A stretch of 64,000 nucleotides of DNA from an uncultured Chloroflexia bacterium (GCA_963700285.1 CAVOXA010000010.1:1088001-1152000); one strand, 5' to 3'. Shown: positions 19,874 to 30,510, counted from the first letter of the stretch. Numbers and translations: made by a program. The notes: generated by a model from the sequence alone, not told the origin.

Positions 19874-21933
19874 TCAGATCAGGCTCGCTACATTGTAGAC
19901 GGCGATACCAGCCGCCAGGGATATGCTCAGCAGCAGACCTACGCTGAACGCCGTCCAAGCCCAACTCTTGGTCTCCTGTTTGATGGCCGCGACGGTGGCC
20001 ACGCAGGGGACAAAAAGCATCTGCACGACCAGAAAGGCCAGCGCTGCTGAGGGTGTCAAGACGCCAGCCAGGCTTGCACCCAGCCCGGCCGCTTCCTCGC
20101 CCGTACCAAAGAGGATACCCATCGTGGCAATCGCGTTCTCCTTGGCCACAAAACTGGTCAACAGGGCTACCATCATGGGCCAGTCCAGCCCCATCAGTTC
20201 CCCCAGCGGGGCCAACGCCTTGCCCACACTAGCCAGGTAACTGGTCTGGATCTGGCCGTAGGGCAGAGTCGACAACGCCCAGATGACAACCGACATGATC
20301 AGGATCAGCGAACCGGCCTTTTTAAGGAATTCGACGCATGTTTTGCCAGACCTGGATGCCTATGGTCCGGGTGTTGGGACGATGGTAGAGGGGCAGCTCC
20401 ATGATAAAGGCTGCCCGCTCGCCCTTGAGGACCCACCGGTTGACCAGCACGCCCACCACCGCCAGCACAAACAGGGACATGGCGATCAAGCCCCAAGCCA
20501 CCAAAGCAGCAGCGCCCCCGAAAAAGATGGGGGTGATGAACACGATGACCGCCATCCGCGCGGCACAGGGTACCAGCGGTGCCAGCAAGATCGTCAGCAG
20601 CCGAGCACGGCGCGAGTCGATGATGCGCGTGCCCATCACTGCCGGTACGTTGCAGCCAAAACCCAGGAAGAGGGGCAAGAAGCTCTTGCCATGCAAGCCC
20701 CATCAGGTGCATGAAGCGGTCCATCACGTAGGCAGCGCGGGCCATGTAGCCCATATCCTCCAACAGAGCCAGAACGGCAAAAAAGATGACAAGGATGGGC
20801 AGAAAGGTGATCACGGTCCCAGCCCCACCGATGATACCATCCACCACCAGACCGCTGAGCCAGGCGGGCGCACCCGCCAGCAAGCCGGAAGCTGATATCG
20901 GCCAGGGTGCCAACCACGTAGGTCTCCAGGAGCTTTTGCAAAGGTGTGCCGATGGCAAAGGTCAGCCAGAACACCACACCCAGGATGGAGGCCAGGATGG
21001 CCAGCCCCCACAGGGGGTGGGTCGCCCAGCGGTCCAGACGTTCGGTGAGGGTGATCTGGCCAACGCGCGGTCGCGTCACGGCTGCTCGGATCATGCGCCC
21101 CACCCAGTCATAGCGCCCGCTGGCCACTGCCAGCACGGCGTCCTCATGGGCCATCAGGATCTCGTGAACCTGATCCCACCGTTCGGCAGGCAGATACTCG
21201 TCGCGCATCATGGCCGTGATCTCGACGTCGCCCTCCAACAACTTGAGGGCCACCCAATCGCCGGGATAGGGGGCCGGCACCCAGTCGGCCACCAGGCATC
21301 TGGATCTCGGTCCAGGACCTCGCGGTGGTCATCGCGGATCTCGGGCAGATTGGGTTGGTAGGGGATCTCGACCCCGGGCCAACTGGTCCACAGTTTCCAC
21401 CAGCTCGCGCAGCCCTTTATTCTTGGCTGCGACCATGGACACCACGGGTACGCCCAGCGCCGCCTCCAAGACCCGGGGTTCGACATTCATCCCCTCGTCG
21501 GCGGCCACATCCACCATGTTCAGCCCCACCACCACACGTGAGGGCAGAGGCAGCAACTCGGCCACCAGGTACAGGTTCCGCTCCAGCGACGCCGCGTTGA
21601 CCAGAGCCATCACCACATCGGGCCGCTCCTTGATGATGATAATCACGGGCGATGACCTCTTCTGCCGAGTTGGCAGTCAGGCTGTAGGTACCCGGAAGAT
21701 CCACCAGATGGAGCGTCGTACCGTTGAAACGATAGGCTACCCGTCTTCTGCTCGACGGTCTTGCCCGGCCAGTTGCCGACGTGCTGGCTCAGGCCCGTCA
21801 GCAGGTTAAATACAGTGGACTTGCCCACGTTGGGCTGACCAGCAAGCGCCACCGTCAGCGTCACTTCTCCGTTGAGCACAGCCTCTGCCCGGTTGGCTAC
21901 ATCCCTGACCCGTTCAGCCTCAACGGCCATCAT
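19874..21933 (-). CDS. feoB: Ferrous iron transporter B (several frameshifts)
   Basis: [60 protein letters not shown]. Confidence 0.93.
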
Positions 21934-22193
21934 CCCCTCCCGCCAGCCGTTCGACGAGGATCTTGTTGGCTTCACCGCGCCCCAGTGCTACCCGCGTATC
22001 GCGTAGGCTGACGATGATGGGCCCGTGCCCATAGTTCTGGACCACCCGCAGGTGGGCGCCGGGTGTGAAGCCCAAGGATGCCAGGCGGCTCAGAAAACCA
22101 TGACCCGCCTTGCATCTTGCGTATCTGCGCCGCTTCTCCGGTACGCACAGCACTGAGGCTCTCACCATCTGTTCTTATCGTCTTTGATTCCAT
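21920..22193 (-). CDS. feoA: Ferrous iron transport protein A (one frameshift near 22105)
   Basis: [10 protein letters not shown]...[24 protein letters not shown]. Confidence 0.88.
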
Positions 22194-22296
22194 GCTCACG
22201 TGTTTTCCCGTAGGAGATTTGGTTCTGCAGCACCTGCACCATCTCGATCCCAACAGCCAACACCGGCAACTGGATCGTAACTACAGGACAAGCTGC

Positions 22297-22329
22297 AAGA
22301 AAAACGACCCCCGGCCCTTTCAGGGGCCG
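22297..22329 (-). terminator. Possible intrinsic terminator between fur and feoA
   Basis: Minus strand CGGCCC-CTGAAA-GGGCCG, then GGGGTCG and TTTTTTCTT. Confidence 0.45.
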
Positions 22330-22332
22330 CTC

Positions 22333-22806
22333 TCAGCCTGGCCGGGCAGACCCATTCAGTCCGCGATGGCAACAATCGGCGCAATAGCCGGCCAGTTCCA
22401 CATGTGTACTGGCAATCTCAAAGCCATGGGCCTCACTTGCTGCCACTGCAGCCTCGGAAAAGACAGCGATGTCTACCTCGATCACCCGCCCGCAAGCCAG
22501 GCACACCAAGTGAGAGTGCTCATCCTTGCTGTCCAACTCATAATGGTGGTGCTCCTCATCCAGATGCAACTCGTGCACCACGCTGGCCTCTTTGAGGACG
22601 CTCAAGGTCCGGTAAACAGTGGAAAGGCTGAGGCTCGCATCCTGGCCCCGGCCGCGTTCATAGATATCGTAGGCATCCAAATGCCCGGAGCCAAGATTCT
22701 CACTGGCCTGGGCCAAGATGGTCAGGACCAGCCTGCGCTGGGGCGTGATCCGTTTGCCTGCCGCTCTCAAGCGGCGCTCACCAACAACTACCAGATCGTC
22801 CATCAA
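22333..22806 (-). CDS. fur: Fur-family metalloregulator
   Basis: RITPQRRLVL, SLSTVYRTL, HSHLVCLACG, GYCADC. Confidence 0.85.
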   Translation of the reverse strand: MMDDLVVVGERRLRAAGKRITPQRRLVLTILAQASENLGSGHLDAYDIYERGRGQDASLSLSTVYRTLSVLKEASVVHELHLDEEHHHYELDSKDEHSHLVCLACGRVIEVDIAVFSEAAVAASEAHGFEIASTHVELAGYCADCCHRGLNGSARPG

Positions 22807-22850
22807 CTGCCCAGTCTCGACGCTGCCGCCCGTGGTCTACAATACTTGGA

Positions 22851-22873
22851 TTGCAAATGCGAATCATTTGCAA
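22851..22873. promoter_or_regulatory. Fur-box-like operator (perfect 9-5-9 inverted repeat)
   Basis: TTGCAAATG-CGAAT-CATTTGCAA, just downstream of the fur promoter. Confidence 0.8.
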
Positions 22874-22884
22874 CTTCAGACCAC

Positions 22885-22913
22885 ACTATACATCAAGTCA
22901 CCATGGGTGTCAA
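22885..22913 (-). promoter_or_regulatory. Sigma70 promoter of fur-feo
   Basis: TTGACA-17 bp-TATAGT on the minus strand. Confidence 0.75.
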
Positions 22914-23074
22914 ATCTCCGTTACCTGGAGCTGGGGCCAACATGGGAGCGGAAGTTGATCTGCCTTGAAAAGTAGATGGGCAAATGGACCCAAATGGTGT
23001 ATACTGGCGGGGGCGAATCCGAGCGGATGCTTGAACACGTACCTTTGAGCACAATGAGAGGAGATTGGCAAGGC

Positions 23075-23710
23075 ATGAGTACGAAAACGATCCTTTGCTA
23101 CGGCGACTCGAACACGTGGGGTTGGAATCCAGCCACGGAGGACCGCTATGCCCGGGACGAGCGCTGGCCGGGCGTCCTCAGGCAAGAGTTGGGCGATGGC
23201 TACCTGGTCATCGAAGAGGGCCTGAACGGACGAACAACCGTGTGGGACGATCCTATCGAAGGCTACAAGAACGGGAGGGAATACCTGGTCCCCTGCCTGG
23301 AGACGCACAAGCCCCTCGACCTGGTCATCATCATGCTGGGGACCAACGACCTGAAAGCCCGCTTTTCCCTGCCAGCCTGTGACGTCGCAGCCGGAGCGGG
23401 CGTTCTGGTCGATATCGCCCTGAAGAGCGAGACAGGCCGCGGGGGCAGCGCGCCGGCAGTCCTGCTCATAGCACCACCGCCCTTTGGGGCACTATCAGAT
23501 TTCGCCGAAATGTTTGGAGGAGGCGCGCTCAAATCCCAGGGGCTAGGCAAGCACTACCGCCTGGTCGCTGAGGAACGCGGGTGCGACTTTTTTGATGCCG
23601 CTGAGGCCATCGTCTCCAGCGACCTCGACGGGATCCACCTCGATTTGGACGAACAGCGCAAGTTGGGACAGGCGGTCGCCAGCATTGCACGGCAGATCCT
23701 GGCAAGATAG
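23075..23710 (+). CDS. SGNH/GDSL hydrolase
   Basis: ILCYGDSNTWG, EEGLNGRTT, MLGTND, DGIH. Confidence 0.93.
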   Translation: MSTKTILCYGDSNTWGWNPATEDRYARDERWPGVLRQELGDGYLVIEEGLNGRTTVWDDPIEGYKNGREYLVPCLETHKPLDLVIIMLGTNDLKARFSLPACDVAAGAGVLVDIALKSETGRGGSAPAVLLIAPPPFGALSDFAEMFGGGALKSQGLGKHYRLVAEERGCDFFDAAEAIVSSDLDGIHLDLDEQRKLGQAVASIARQILAR

Positions 23711-23739
23711 CCACCACCTACTCTGAGAGGAGCCTGTCG

Positions 23740-24666
23740 ATGGCGGAAATCTTGGTCGTGGGCAGCCTGAACATGGATCTGGTGATCAAAGCAGATCGGA
23801 TGCCCTTGCCTGGGGAGACGATACCAGGTCATGGCTTTCAAACCATCCCGGGGGGTAAGGGGGCCAATCAGGCAGTAGCAGCCGCCCGGTTGGGTGGCCA
23901 GGTAGCGATGGCCGGGCGGGTAGGCGATGATGATTTCGGAATAGCCCTGGTCGAGAACTTGAGCCTGCAAGGGGTGGATACCAGCCCTGTTCAGGTGGAT
24001 GGCGAGGCCGCGACCGGTATCGCCCTGATCATCGTCGACCAAAGGGGCGAGAACAGCATCGTCGTGGCAGGCGGCGCCAACCTCCGCGTGAGCCCAAAGG
24101 ACGTCGACGCCCTTGCCGGACTGTGGCCCCGGGCCAAACTGTTGCTGCTACAGTTTGAGGTGCCACTGGAGACAGTCGCGTATGCGATGGCAAAGGCTGC
24201 CCATTACGGAGTAAAAGTCCTCCTGAACCCAGCCCCCGCGCGTGCCGTATCGCTACAACTTCTGTCCCAGGTAGACTATTTGGTCCCCAACGAGATCGAG
24301 GCATCCATGCTGAGTGGAATAGAGGTCAGGGATCTGGCCTCGGCCGAGGGAGCCGCGCGCAAGCTGCTGGGCTACGGTGTGCCGGTGGTCATTGTCACCC
24401 TGGGCGAGAAGGGGGCCCTGGTGGTGACCGGGGAGCAAGTCGTCCACGTGCCTGCCTGGCAGGTTGACGCTGTGGATACTACGGCGGCCGGCGATGCCTT
24501 CAATGGTGGGCTGGCCGCGGCCCTCCTTCAGGGATTCGACCTGAAGGAAGCGGTCCGATATGCGACCTGTGCCGGCACACTGGCGGCGACCACATTCGGC
24601 GCCCAAACCTCATTGCCCACGGCCGGGGAGGTACAGGCCTTCTACCGGAGAGGCACTCCAACGTAA
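23740..24666 (+). CDS. rbsK: Ribokinase
   Basis: GSLNMDLV, PGGKGANQAVAAARLG, GENSI, NPAPA, NEIE, DTTAAGDAF. Confidence 0.93.
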   Translation: MAEILVVGSLNMDLVIKADRMPLPGETIPGHGFQTIPGGKGANQAVAAARLGGQVAMAGRVGDDDFGIALVENLSLQGVDTSPVQVDGEAATGIALIIVDQRGENSIVVAGGANLRVSPKDVDALAGLWPRAKLLLLQFEVPLETVAYAMAKAAHYGVKVLLNPAPARAVSLQLLSQVDYLVPNEIEASMLSGIEVRDLASAEGAARKLLGYGVPVVIVTLGEKGALVVTGEQVVHVPAWQVDAVDTTAAGDAFNGGLAAALLQGFDLKEAVRYATCAGTLAATTFGAQTSLPTAGEVQAFYRRGTPT

Positions 24667-24707
24667 CAGCAGGACAGAGAAGCGATCCCCGCGGGGCTCC
24701 TGGCGGA

Positions 24708-25166
24708 CTATTGCTCTAGCTGCTTGAGGATCAATCTGGCCCAAGCTCTCGCCCGCTCGATCTCGCCGTCGTACAGGGGGCCTTCTCTCTCGATGACATG
24801 AAAAGTCTCTGGTGGGACGGCGCGCTTGCCCCCAAGCTGGCGAAGCCTTTTGTCAAGCTTGCGGGCCGCGGTAAAACGGACCAGCCAGGCAGACATCTTG
24901 TAGGAGGTATCAAAGGCCGCCACCGGTGTGCCGCGCAAGGTTCGTCGAGGAAATACTTCGAACACAGGTCGAACCGCCTCCGGCAGGTTCATGCGATGCG
25001 TGGGGCTGCCCATGATCACAAGATCGCTCCCGGTCAGGTCAGAGACAGTCATCTCGTCCATGGAGACTGCAGAGGCCGTTCCTTGCGAACCAATCGTTCC
25101 AGCGATCGCCTCGGCGACCTGTTGGGTATTGCCAAAATTGGAAAAATAGACAACCAGGACATTCAT
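24708..25166 (-). CDS. Flavodoxin-domain protein
   Basis: VVYFSNFGNT, MGSPT, AAFDT, GEIERARAW; RBS GGAGG. Confidence 0.88.
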   Translation of the reverse strand: MNVLVVYFSNFGNTQQVAEAIAGTIGSQGTASAVSMDEMTVSDLTGSDLVIMGSPTHRMNLPEAVRPVFEVFPRRTLRGTPVAAFDTSYKMSAWLVRFTAARKLDKRLRQLGGKRAVPPETFHVIEREGPLYDGEIERARAWARLILKQLEQ

Positions 25167-25207
25167 CGGCAGACCTCCCAAACAAGCCATAGATGGGGCC
25201 AACGCGC

Positions 25208-26011
25208 TTAGGTCACAAACCTGGCTATTAAGGAACCGGCAAGGCGGGCGGACGCTACCTTCGCACGGTTGGATTTGTGGTGAACATAGAATTCTTGGTG
25301 AGGCTCCGTCCAGCCGCAGGTTCTCCAGTATTCGAGGTCGATCGAGTCCTCTGTCGCCCGTTGCCAATACCGCTGCTGGATACTGAAGGTCATCAGGGAC
25401 AGAAAGGACGGCTTGGCAAACCGCCGCTCATGGACGGCGTCAAAGAGTTCCTGAGCAATCCTTGCTGTCTTGTTCAAATAGCGGGATTCTACTTCACCCC
25501 GGTGCATCAAGGCCCCAGCCTTGAACCCTGCCTGTCCCACGATATAGAAGCCCCAAGATCGCAGCGCCATGTTGAGTGTTCTCAGCCCATGCGCCGCTGG
25601 CCCGTTCCCAACCGTGGCCACGAGATAGGCGCACTTGCCGGCAAACTCTGGGCGATGGCATATGTACGCCAGCCGGTCCATCCAGTTTTTCGTCGTCCCG
25701 CTCACATCGTTGACATAGACCGGACTGGCAACGATCAGGCCATCGGCCTCTTTCATCCCGGCTTTGATGGCTTTCAGGCTGTCTTGCAGGGGGCACTTTT
25801 CCTCGCCTTCATCAAAACAAACCCGGCATCCCTGGCACATGCGGATTTCCTTATGTCCCAGAAAAAGGGTCTGTATGTCTAACACGGTGCCGCTGCGGGC
25901 CGCCAGTGTGCGAAGATGGGCTTCGATCAAGCTCACAACTTGAGCGGTATTCCCGTTCTTCCGGTAGCTGCCTACAAGCGCCAGGATTCTCATACGATTC
26001 TTCCTCGCCAT
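25208..26011 (-). CDS. Flavodoxin-fold FMN reductase / iron-sulfur flavoprotein family
   Basis: GSYRKNGNT, CQGCRVC..C, ADGLIVASPVY, KNWMDR. Confidence 0.88.
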   Translation of the reverse strand: MARKNRMRILALVGSYRKNGNTAQVVSLIEAHLRTLAARSGTVLDIQTLFLGHKEIRMCQGCRVCFDEGEEKCPLQDSLKAIKAGMKEADGLIVASPVYVNDVSGTTKNWMDRLAYICHRPEFAGKCAYLVATVGNGPAAHGLRTLNMALRSWGFYIVGQAGFKAGALMHRGEVESRYLNKTARIAQELFDAVHERRFAKPSFLSLMTFSIQQRYWQRATEDSIDLEYWRTCGWTEPHQEFYVHHKSNRAKVASARLAGSLIARFVT

Positions 26012-26012
26012 A

Positions 26013-26627
26013 TTATTCTCTCTTGTCGAGCGCGTGCAGGACGAAGGCGGCGACCTGCGCGGCATCCAACCAGACCCGCCCCTCCTCGCTAACCTGGGAG
26101 CCAGTGCCTAGGTAGATGGTCATCAGCAACAAGGCAGTGGCATCGGGATCTATCTGCCGAAAGCAGCCCTGCGCGACACCGGGGATGAGGATGTCCCTGC
26201 TGACGAACCGAAACATTGGCTGATAGGCCGCGTACATTCGCTGTTTAAACTCGACGTCGGGGCCATAGAGAGTATTGATCATGACGCGTGCTTGAGCTAG
26301 ATGGTCCGTCACATAGGCGAACCCTGCCTCAAAGAAACGCCCCAGCCGACGGCGCGGATCCTCTTCCTGTTGAACATGACCCATGATGAAAGTCAGATGG
26401 GCATTGGCGACCTCGTCAATGATGGCAAACATGAGTGATCTCTTGCTGTCAAAATAGTTGTAGACCGTACCTTTGGCGAACCCAGCCGTCCTGGATATAC
26501 GATTGATGTTCGCGCCCACATACCCTTCGCGGGCAAACTCTGCTGTCGCTGCCTCTAGCAACAACGTCCGGGTTTCACCGCGGACTTGATCGCGTTCAGA
26601 CTCTTTGTGGCGTGGCATAGGGTCCAT
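26013..26627 (-). CDS. TetR/AcrR-family regulator
   Basis: LLEAATAEFAREGY...ISRTAGFAKGTVYNYFDSK. Confidence 0.92.
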   Translation of the reverse strand: MDPMPRHKESERDQVRGETRTLLLEAATAEFAREGYVGANINRISRTAGFAKGTVYNYFDSKRSLMFAIIDEVANAHLTFIMGHVQQEEDPRRRLGRFFEAGFAYVTDHLAQARVMINTLYGPDVEFKQRMYAAYQPMFRFVSRDILIPGVAQGCFRQIDPDATALLLMTIYLGTGSQVSEEGRVWLDAAQVAAFVLHALDKRE

Positions 26628-26635
26628 CTCTTCAT

Positions 26636-26687
26636 AATATGGGTGACCGGTCACCCATATTCTAACACAACGAACATGGGTTGTCAA
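26636..26687 (-). promoter_or_regulatory. TetR operator (perfect 26-bp palindrome) overlapping its promoter
   Basis: AATATGGGTGACCGGTCACCCATATT at 26636-26661; TTGACA(26687)-17-TAGAAT(26664-26659) on the minus strand. Confidence 0.85.
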
Positions 26688-26731
26688 GTTGGCTGAGAAA
26701 ACGGGTACAAGTCTGGGCGGTCGGGGGTACA

Positions 26732-27553
26732 CTAACGGCTGATCATTAACCCCGGCTGGCAGGTCCGGCAAAAGTTGGTCGTCCGGCGCGACCGGGTCAC
26801 CTTGCTGATCTCGCTGGCACAGCGGGGGCAGGGCTGACCTGCCTTGCCGTGCACCGACAGGAAATCACGCACCTCAACGTCGATGTCCGCGCCCACCCGC
26901 TTGCGGAGCGTCTCTGTGGCCTCGGCCAGCACGATGCGCATGGCTTCATAGAGTTGCGCTATTTCTTCAGCGCTGAGAGTAGGCCGGCGGCGAAAGGGGT
27001 AGATCCCGGCCCGCCAGCAGATTTCGTCGGCGTAGGCGTTGCCGATGCCGGCCACAAAGGTTTGGTTGGTGAGTACACCCTTGATCTCGCCCTGGTAGCG
27101 GCAAAGTCTCTCCCGAAAGAGATCTAGGGTCAACTCGGGATCGTTAGCCTCCGGCCCCAGCGTGGCAAAAGTAGGGACCTGGCTCAGGTCGCCGGTCAGA
27201 TAGACCTTGCCCATGTCCTTGGCATCGTGGTAGCGCAGCTCGCAACCGTCAGCCAGGCAGAGCACCAGGGCATCACGCTTCCGGTAGCGGCCGAGGGGTT
27301 CGCCGTAGCGGATGCGCCCGGCCAGCATGGGGTTGATGACCATGTGGGTCCCATCGTCCATAGGCAACAGCAGGAACTTTCCCCGGCGCCCGGCGCCTGT
27401 GAACCGTCGTCCCTCCAGGCACTCTTTGGCGTCGCCACCCAGCAGATTGCGCACCAGCAGGGGGCGGCGCACGTCGGCTAACTCAATGGCTATATCGCTG
27501 ATCCGTGGCGCCAGGTACTCGCGGATAACCTCCAGGTCGGGCAACTCGGGCAT
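26732..27553 (-). CDS. Fpg/Nei-family DNA glycosylase/AP lyase
   Basis: N-terminal PELPD, RRGKFL, H2TH AGIGNAYADEI, Zn finger CPRC..CRTCQ. Confidence 0.92.
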   Translation of the reverse strand: MPELPDLEVIREYLAPRISDIAIELADVRRPLLVRNLLGGDAKECLEGRRFTGAGRRGKFLLLPMDDGTHMVINPMLAGRIRYGEPLGRYRKRDALVLCLADGCELRYHDAKDMGKVYLTGDLSQVPTFATLGPEANDPELTLDLFRERLCRYQGEIKGVLTNQTFVAGIGNAYADEICWRAGIYPFRRRPTLSAEEIAQLYEAMRIVLAEATETLRKRVGADIDVEVRDFLSVHGKAGQPCPRCASEISKVTRSRRTTNFCRTCQPGLMISR

Positions 27554-27688
27554 GACTCACCACCCTGCTCCTTGATTTCAGGAGCACGATAACACAACAC
27601 GCCACCGCCGTCAAATCGGTGGTGGCTGTCCTTGCGTGCTGTTTGGTTGCTGTGGGGTGACTAGAGCTACGGCGCCTGTTGGGAAAGG

Positions 27689-28570
27689 CTAGCTTGCATA
27701 ACGGAATTCTTCCAGATGCCGGCGGCTGGCCTCCCAGCCTAACATCACCTTCTTCCGCGATGCCCCCCATTGGTAACCATGGATCCTGCCCGTACTGCTG
27801 ATCACACGGTGGCAAGGTATGAGATAGCCGATGGGATTGCGGGCGATAGCACTGGCCACGGCACGGCTAGCGCTTGGATTACCCAGGTAGGTGGCCACAT
27901 CTCCATAGCTGGTCATCCCACCGCGAGGAATGTTCAGCAGCGCCTGCCAGACATTTACCTGGAAATTGGTGCCCTTGAGCAAGAGGTGAAATGGGCGCGA
28001 TTGATCCGCAGGAACGGGCGCAAAAATGCGATCGACCGACGGTTGGGTCTCGTCCGGCCGTTCAGTGAACCTGGCTTGGGGCCAGCGATCGTACAAGGAT
28101 TGAAGGGTAGGCGCCGAATCATGGCGATTGACAAACTGCAGGCCACAGATGCCCCGCTGAGTCGTAGCTACCAGGCAGGTACCAAAGGGCGAATCGTGAA
28201 AGCCGTAGATGATGTCCAGACCCGCCCCCTGCCGTTTGTACTCGCCGGGGGTGATCGCCTCGAAACTAACGAATAGGTCGTGCAAGCGGCCAGGGCTGGA
28301 GAGTCCAGCGTCAAAAGCGGCATCCAGAACACTCTGAGATTCCTGCAGCTTCTGCTTGGTGTACTCGATAGTGAGGTACTGCAGGAACTGGGTGGGGCTG
28401 ATGCCCGCCCAGCGCTTGAACAGCCGCTGGAAGTGGTACTTGCTGAGGTGTACGCTGCCTGCAATCTCCTCCAGGCTGGGCTGCGCGCGATAGTTAGCCT
28501 CCAGGAAGCGGATCGCCTGTTCGATACGTTGATAGTCGTTTGCCTGCTGTGAGAATTCGTTTTTCATCAT
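27689..28570 (-). CDS. AraC-HTH fused methylated-DNA-protein cysteine methyltransferase (Ada-like)
   Basis: HFQRLFKRWAGISP, GRLHDLF, GTNFQ..VW, IPCHRVI. Confidence 0.92.
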   Translation of the reverse strand: MMKNEFSQQANDYQRIEQAIRFLEANYRAQPSLEEIAGSVHLSKYHFQRLFKRWAGISPTQFLQYLTIEYTKQKLQESQSVLDAAFDAGLSSPGRLHDLFVSFEAITPGEYKRQGAGLDIIYGFHDSPFGTCLVATTQRGICGLQFVNRHDSAPTLQSLYDRWPQARFTERPDETQPSVDRIFAPVPADQSRPFHLLLKGTNFQVNVWQALLNIPRGGMTSYGDVATYLGNPSASRAVASAIARNPIGYLIPCHRVISSTGRIHGYQWGASRKKVMLGWEASRRHLEEFRYAS

Positions 28571-28790
28571 GCAGCCAGTATACCAACTCTTGGAGCAGAT
28601 TTCCACCCGGATCTTGCGGGGTTCGGCTCACCATGCGTCGGGGAGGAGGCCAACACTGCCCATCCCAGGCAAAAGAGTCGAGGGCCCTCTATGAGCCCCC
28701 GACTCTGCATCCTGCGCGGCCGTGGCCGAAAGCGCGCTCTACTTCTCACGCATCCCGTCTGGCCTACGCTCGCGGTCTACTTCTGACACC

Positions 28791-29324
28791 CTACTTCCAT
28801 TTGATGGTACAACCCACCGGCGGTGTGTCCGCCACGGGCGCCTCCTGACCGGCCAGCACCGCATCCAACGCGTTCTGCAAGTAAGGCACCGTGGTCTGCG
28901 TTTCGTCATAGTTGTCGTCGGGGGCGCCATGATAGCAAAGCTTGAGATCGGCGTCGAACATAAAGACCTCGGGTGTTCGCTCGGCGCCATAGGCCGTGGC
29001 CACCTCCTGCATCTCGTCGTGGAGATAGGGATAGGGCAGATCATACTCTTGCGAGAATTTCTGCATTCCGTCGAAACTGTCAACCGGATACTTGTTGGGG
29101 TCATTGGCGTTGATGCCGGCAAAAGCCACGCCCTGCCCGGCATAGTCCCTGGCCATTGCGATCAGCCTGCCCATCCAACCCAGCACGTAGGGGCAGTGGT
29201 TGCAGGTGAACAGCACCACCGTCGCTTTCTTGCCAGCGCTGATGTCGGCCAGCGAATGGTTCTTGCCATCCACTCCCGGCAGCTCAAAGCCGATCGCCGC
29301 GTCTCCAATCTTGATCTTTGCCAT
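28791..29324 (-). CDS. Thioredoxin-fold AhpC/TSA redoxin
   Basis: FTCNHCPYV, INAND, YGAERTPE, GCTIKWK; RBS GAGGAGG. Confidence 0.92.
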   Translation of the reverse strand: MAKIKIGDAAIGFELPGVDGKNHSLADISAGKKATVVLFTCNHCPYVLGWMGRLIAMARDYAGQGVAFAGINANDPNKYPVDSFDGMQKFSQEYDLPYPYLHDEMQEVATAYGAERTPEVFMFDADLKLCYHGAPDDNYDETQTTVPYLQNALDAVLAGQEAPVADTPPVGCTIKWK

Positions 29325-29492
29325 CTTGAGTTCCTCCTCATAGATTTGGCGTAATTGCATACCTTCCCGCAGGCTGCGAAGCCCTTTCGCAGGGAAACCC
29401 GCTGAAACAGAGGCTCGCCTTGGCGCTGCAGCCCAGTTTCCGAGCCCAGGAGAAGTACCTGACCAGCTTCAAGTTGTCCACGACTGCAAAAC

Positions 29493-30068
29493 CTAGGCAA
29501 ACCAGCCAAGGATCCAAGAGGGCAACTCCTCCCGGTTTTCCTCAGTGGCCTGAAACACGACCTGGCCCACCGAACCTAGCCTTCCCTGCAACTCTGCCAG
29601 CAGAAAATCACGGACCAAGACCAGGGAACGGTCAATCTCACCCAGGGCCAGCCGGGGCAGAATCGGGGCCAGGCCGATGTCACGCCACAGTTCCAGCTTG
29701 CCGATCTCATCCACGACCAAAAGGTCGCAGGCACCTACGGCCCCAGCCACGACATCGACGGTCCAGGCCAGCGCTGACGTATCAAAGGAGTAGAGGCCGA
29801 CCTCCGGCCCACCCAGGTCCCTATCGGTCCGAGCCAGGATACGGCGCTCACCACTGCGGATATCCAACCCCAAGATACCGGCCTTCTGGCCGCAACTGTT
29901 CATCAGCGCCGGAGCGAGCAGCCCACCGCAAACCAGTCCTTGCCGTCGCGCCAAACCAACCACACGCTCAGCGACCGTCGTTTTGCCTACGCCCACCGGC
30001 CCGGTCAGCAGGCCCACCTCCGCCTCCTTCGCCCCCTCGACGGTGCTATCCATTCGATCTGGTATCAA
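29493..30068 (-). CDS. Nucleoside-triphosphatase (THEP1/NTPase_1 family)
   Basis: LTGPVGVGKTT, LVVDEIGKLEL, TEENR. Confidence 0.85.
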   Translation of the reverse strand: MIPDRMDSTVEGAKEAEVGLLTGPVGVGKTTVAERVVGLARRQGLVCGGLLAPALMNSCGQKAGILGLDIRSGERRILARTDRDLGGPEVGLYSFDTSALAWTVDVVAGAVGACDLLVVDEIGKLELWRDIGLAPILPRLALGEIDRSLVLVRDFLLAELQGRLGSVGQVVFQATEENREELPSWILGWFA

Positions 30069-30073
30069 GGCGG

Positions 30074-30436
30074 CTAGGCTTTGCGCCCCACGAGATGCTC
30101 ATGGAGCCACTCCTGAGGAATCAGGCAGATGAAGCACAGGGCATCGTCACCGGTATTGCGGAACTGGTGCATATCACCGCCCGGAACAAAGACGGTGCTG
30201 CCGTGGCCGATAGGCTGGTCGCCCTGGTCGGTCTTGACGATGCCCTGGCCCGAGAGCACAAAAACCTGGTGCTCCCACCAGTGGCTGTGATGGGGTGTAA
30301 CGTGGCCCGGCTCCACCTCAAAGACACGCATGTTGAAAACCGGGGCACCATCGTCCGGCCCGATAACGGTGCGCATCGTCACCCCTTTGACCTCTAGCGT
30401 ACCTTCCACTTCCCGGAAATCCCGAACTTGGATCAT
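30074..30436 (-). CDS. Cupin-domain protein
   Basis: TPHHSHWWEH...FVPGGDMHQFRN. Confidence 0.9.
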   Translation of the reverse strand: MIQVRDFREVEGTLEVKGVTMRTVIGPDDGAPVFNMRVFEVEPGHVTPHHSHWWEHQVFVLSGQGIVKTDQGDQPIGHGSTVFVPGGDMHQFRNTGDDALCFICLIPQEWLHEHLVGRKA

Positions 30437-30510
30437 TTTCCCTCCATATTGCGTGCTGCAAAACCAAAAAAATCAACTCTATGCGCAGGTCGCCTGGTAT
30501 TGGAAGTTCC

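Noticed and set aside
29345-29490. Structured leader or riboswitch upstream of the redoxin gene
   Set aside because: It contains small GC hairpins (CCCTGCGAAAGGG), but I could not match any known aptamer consensus by eye.
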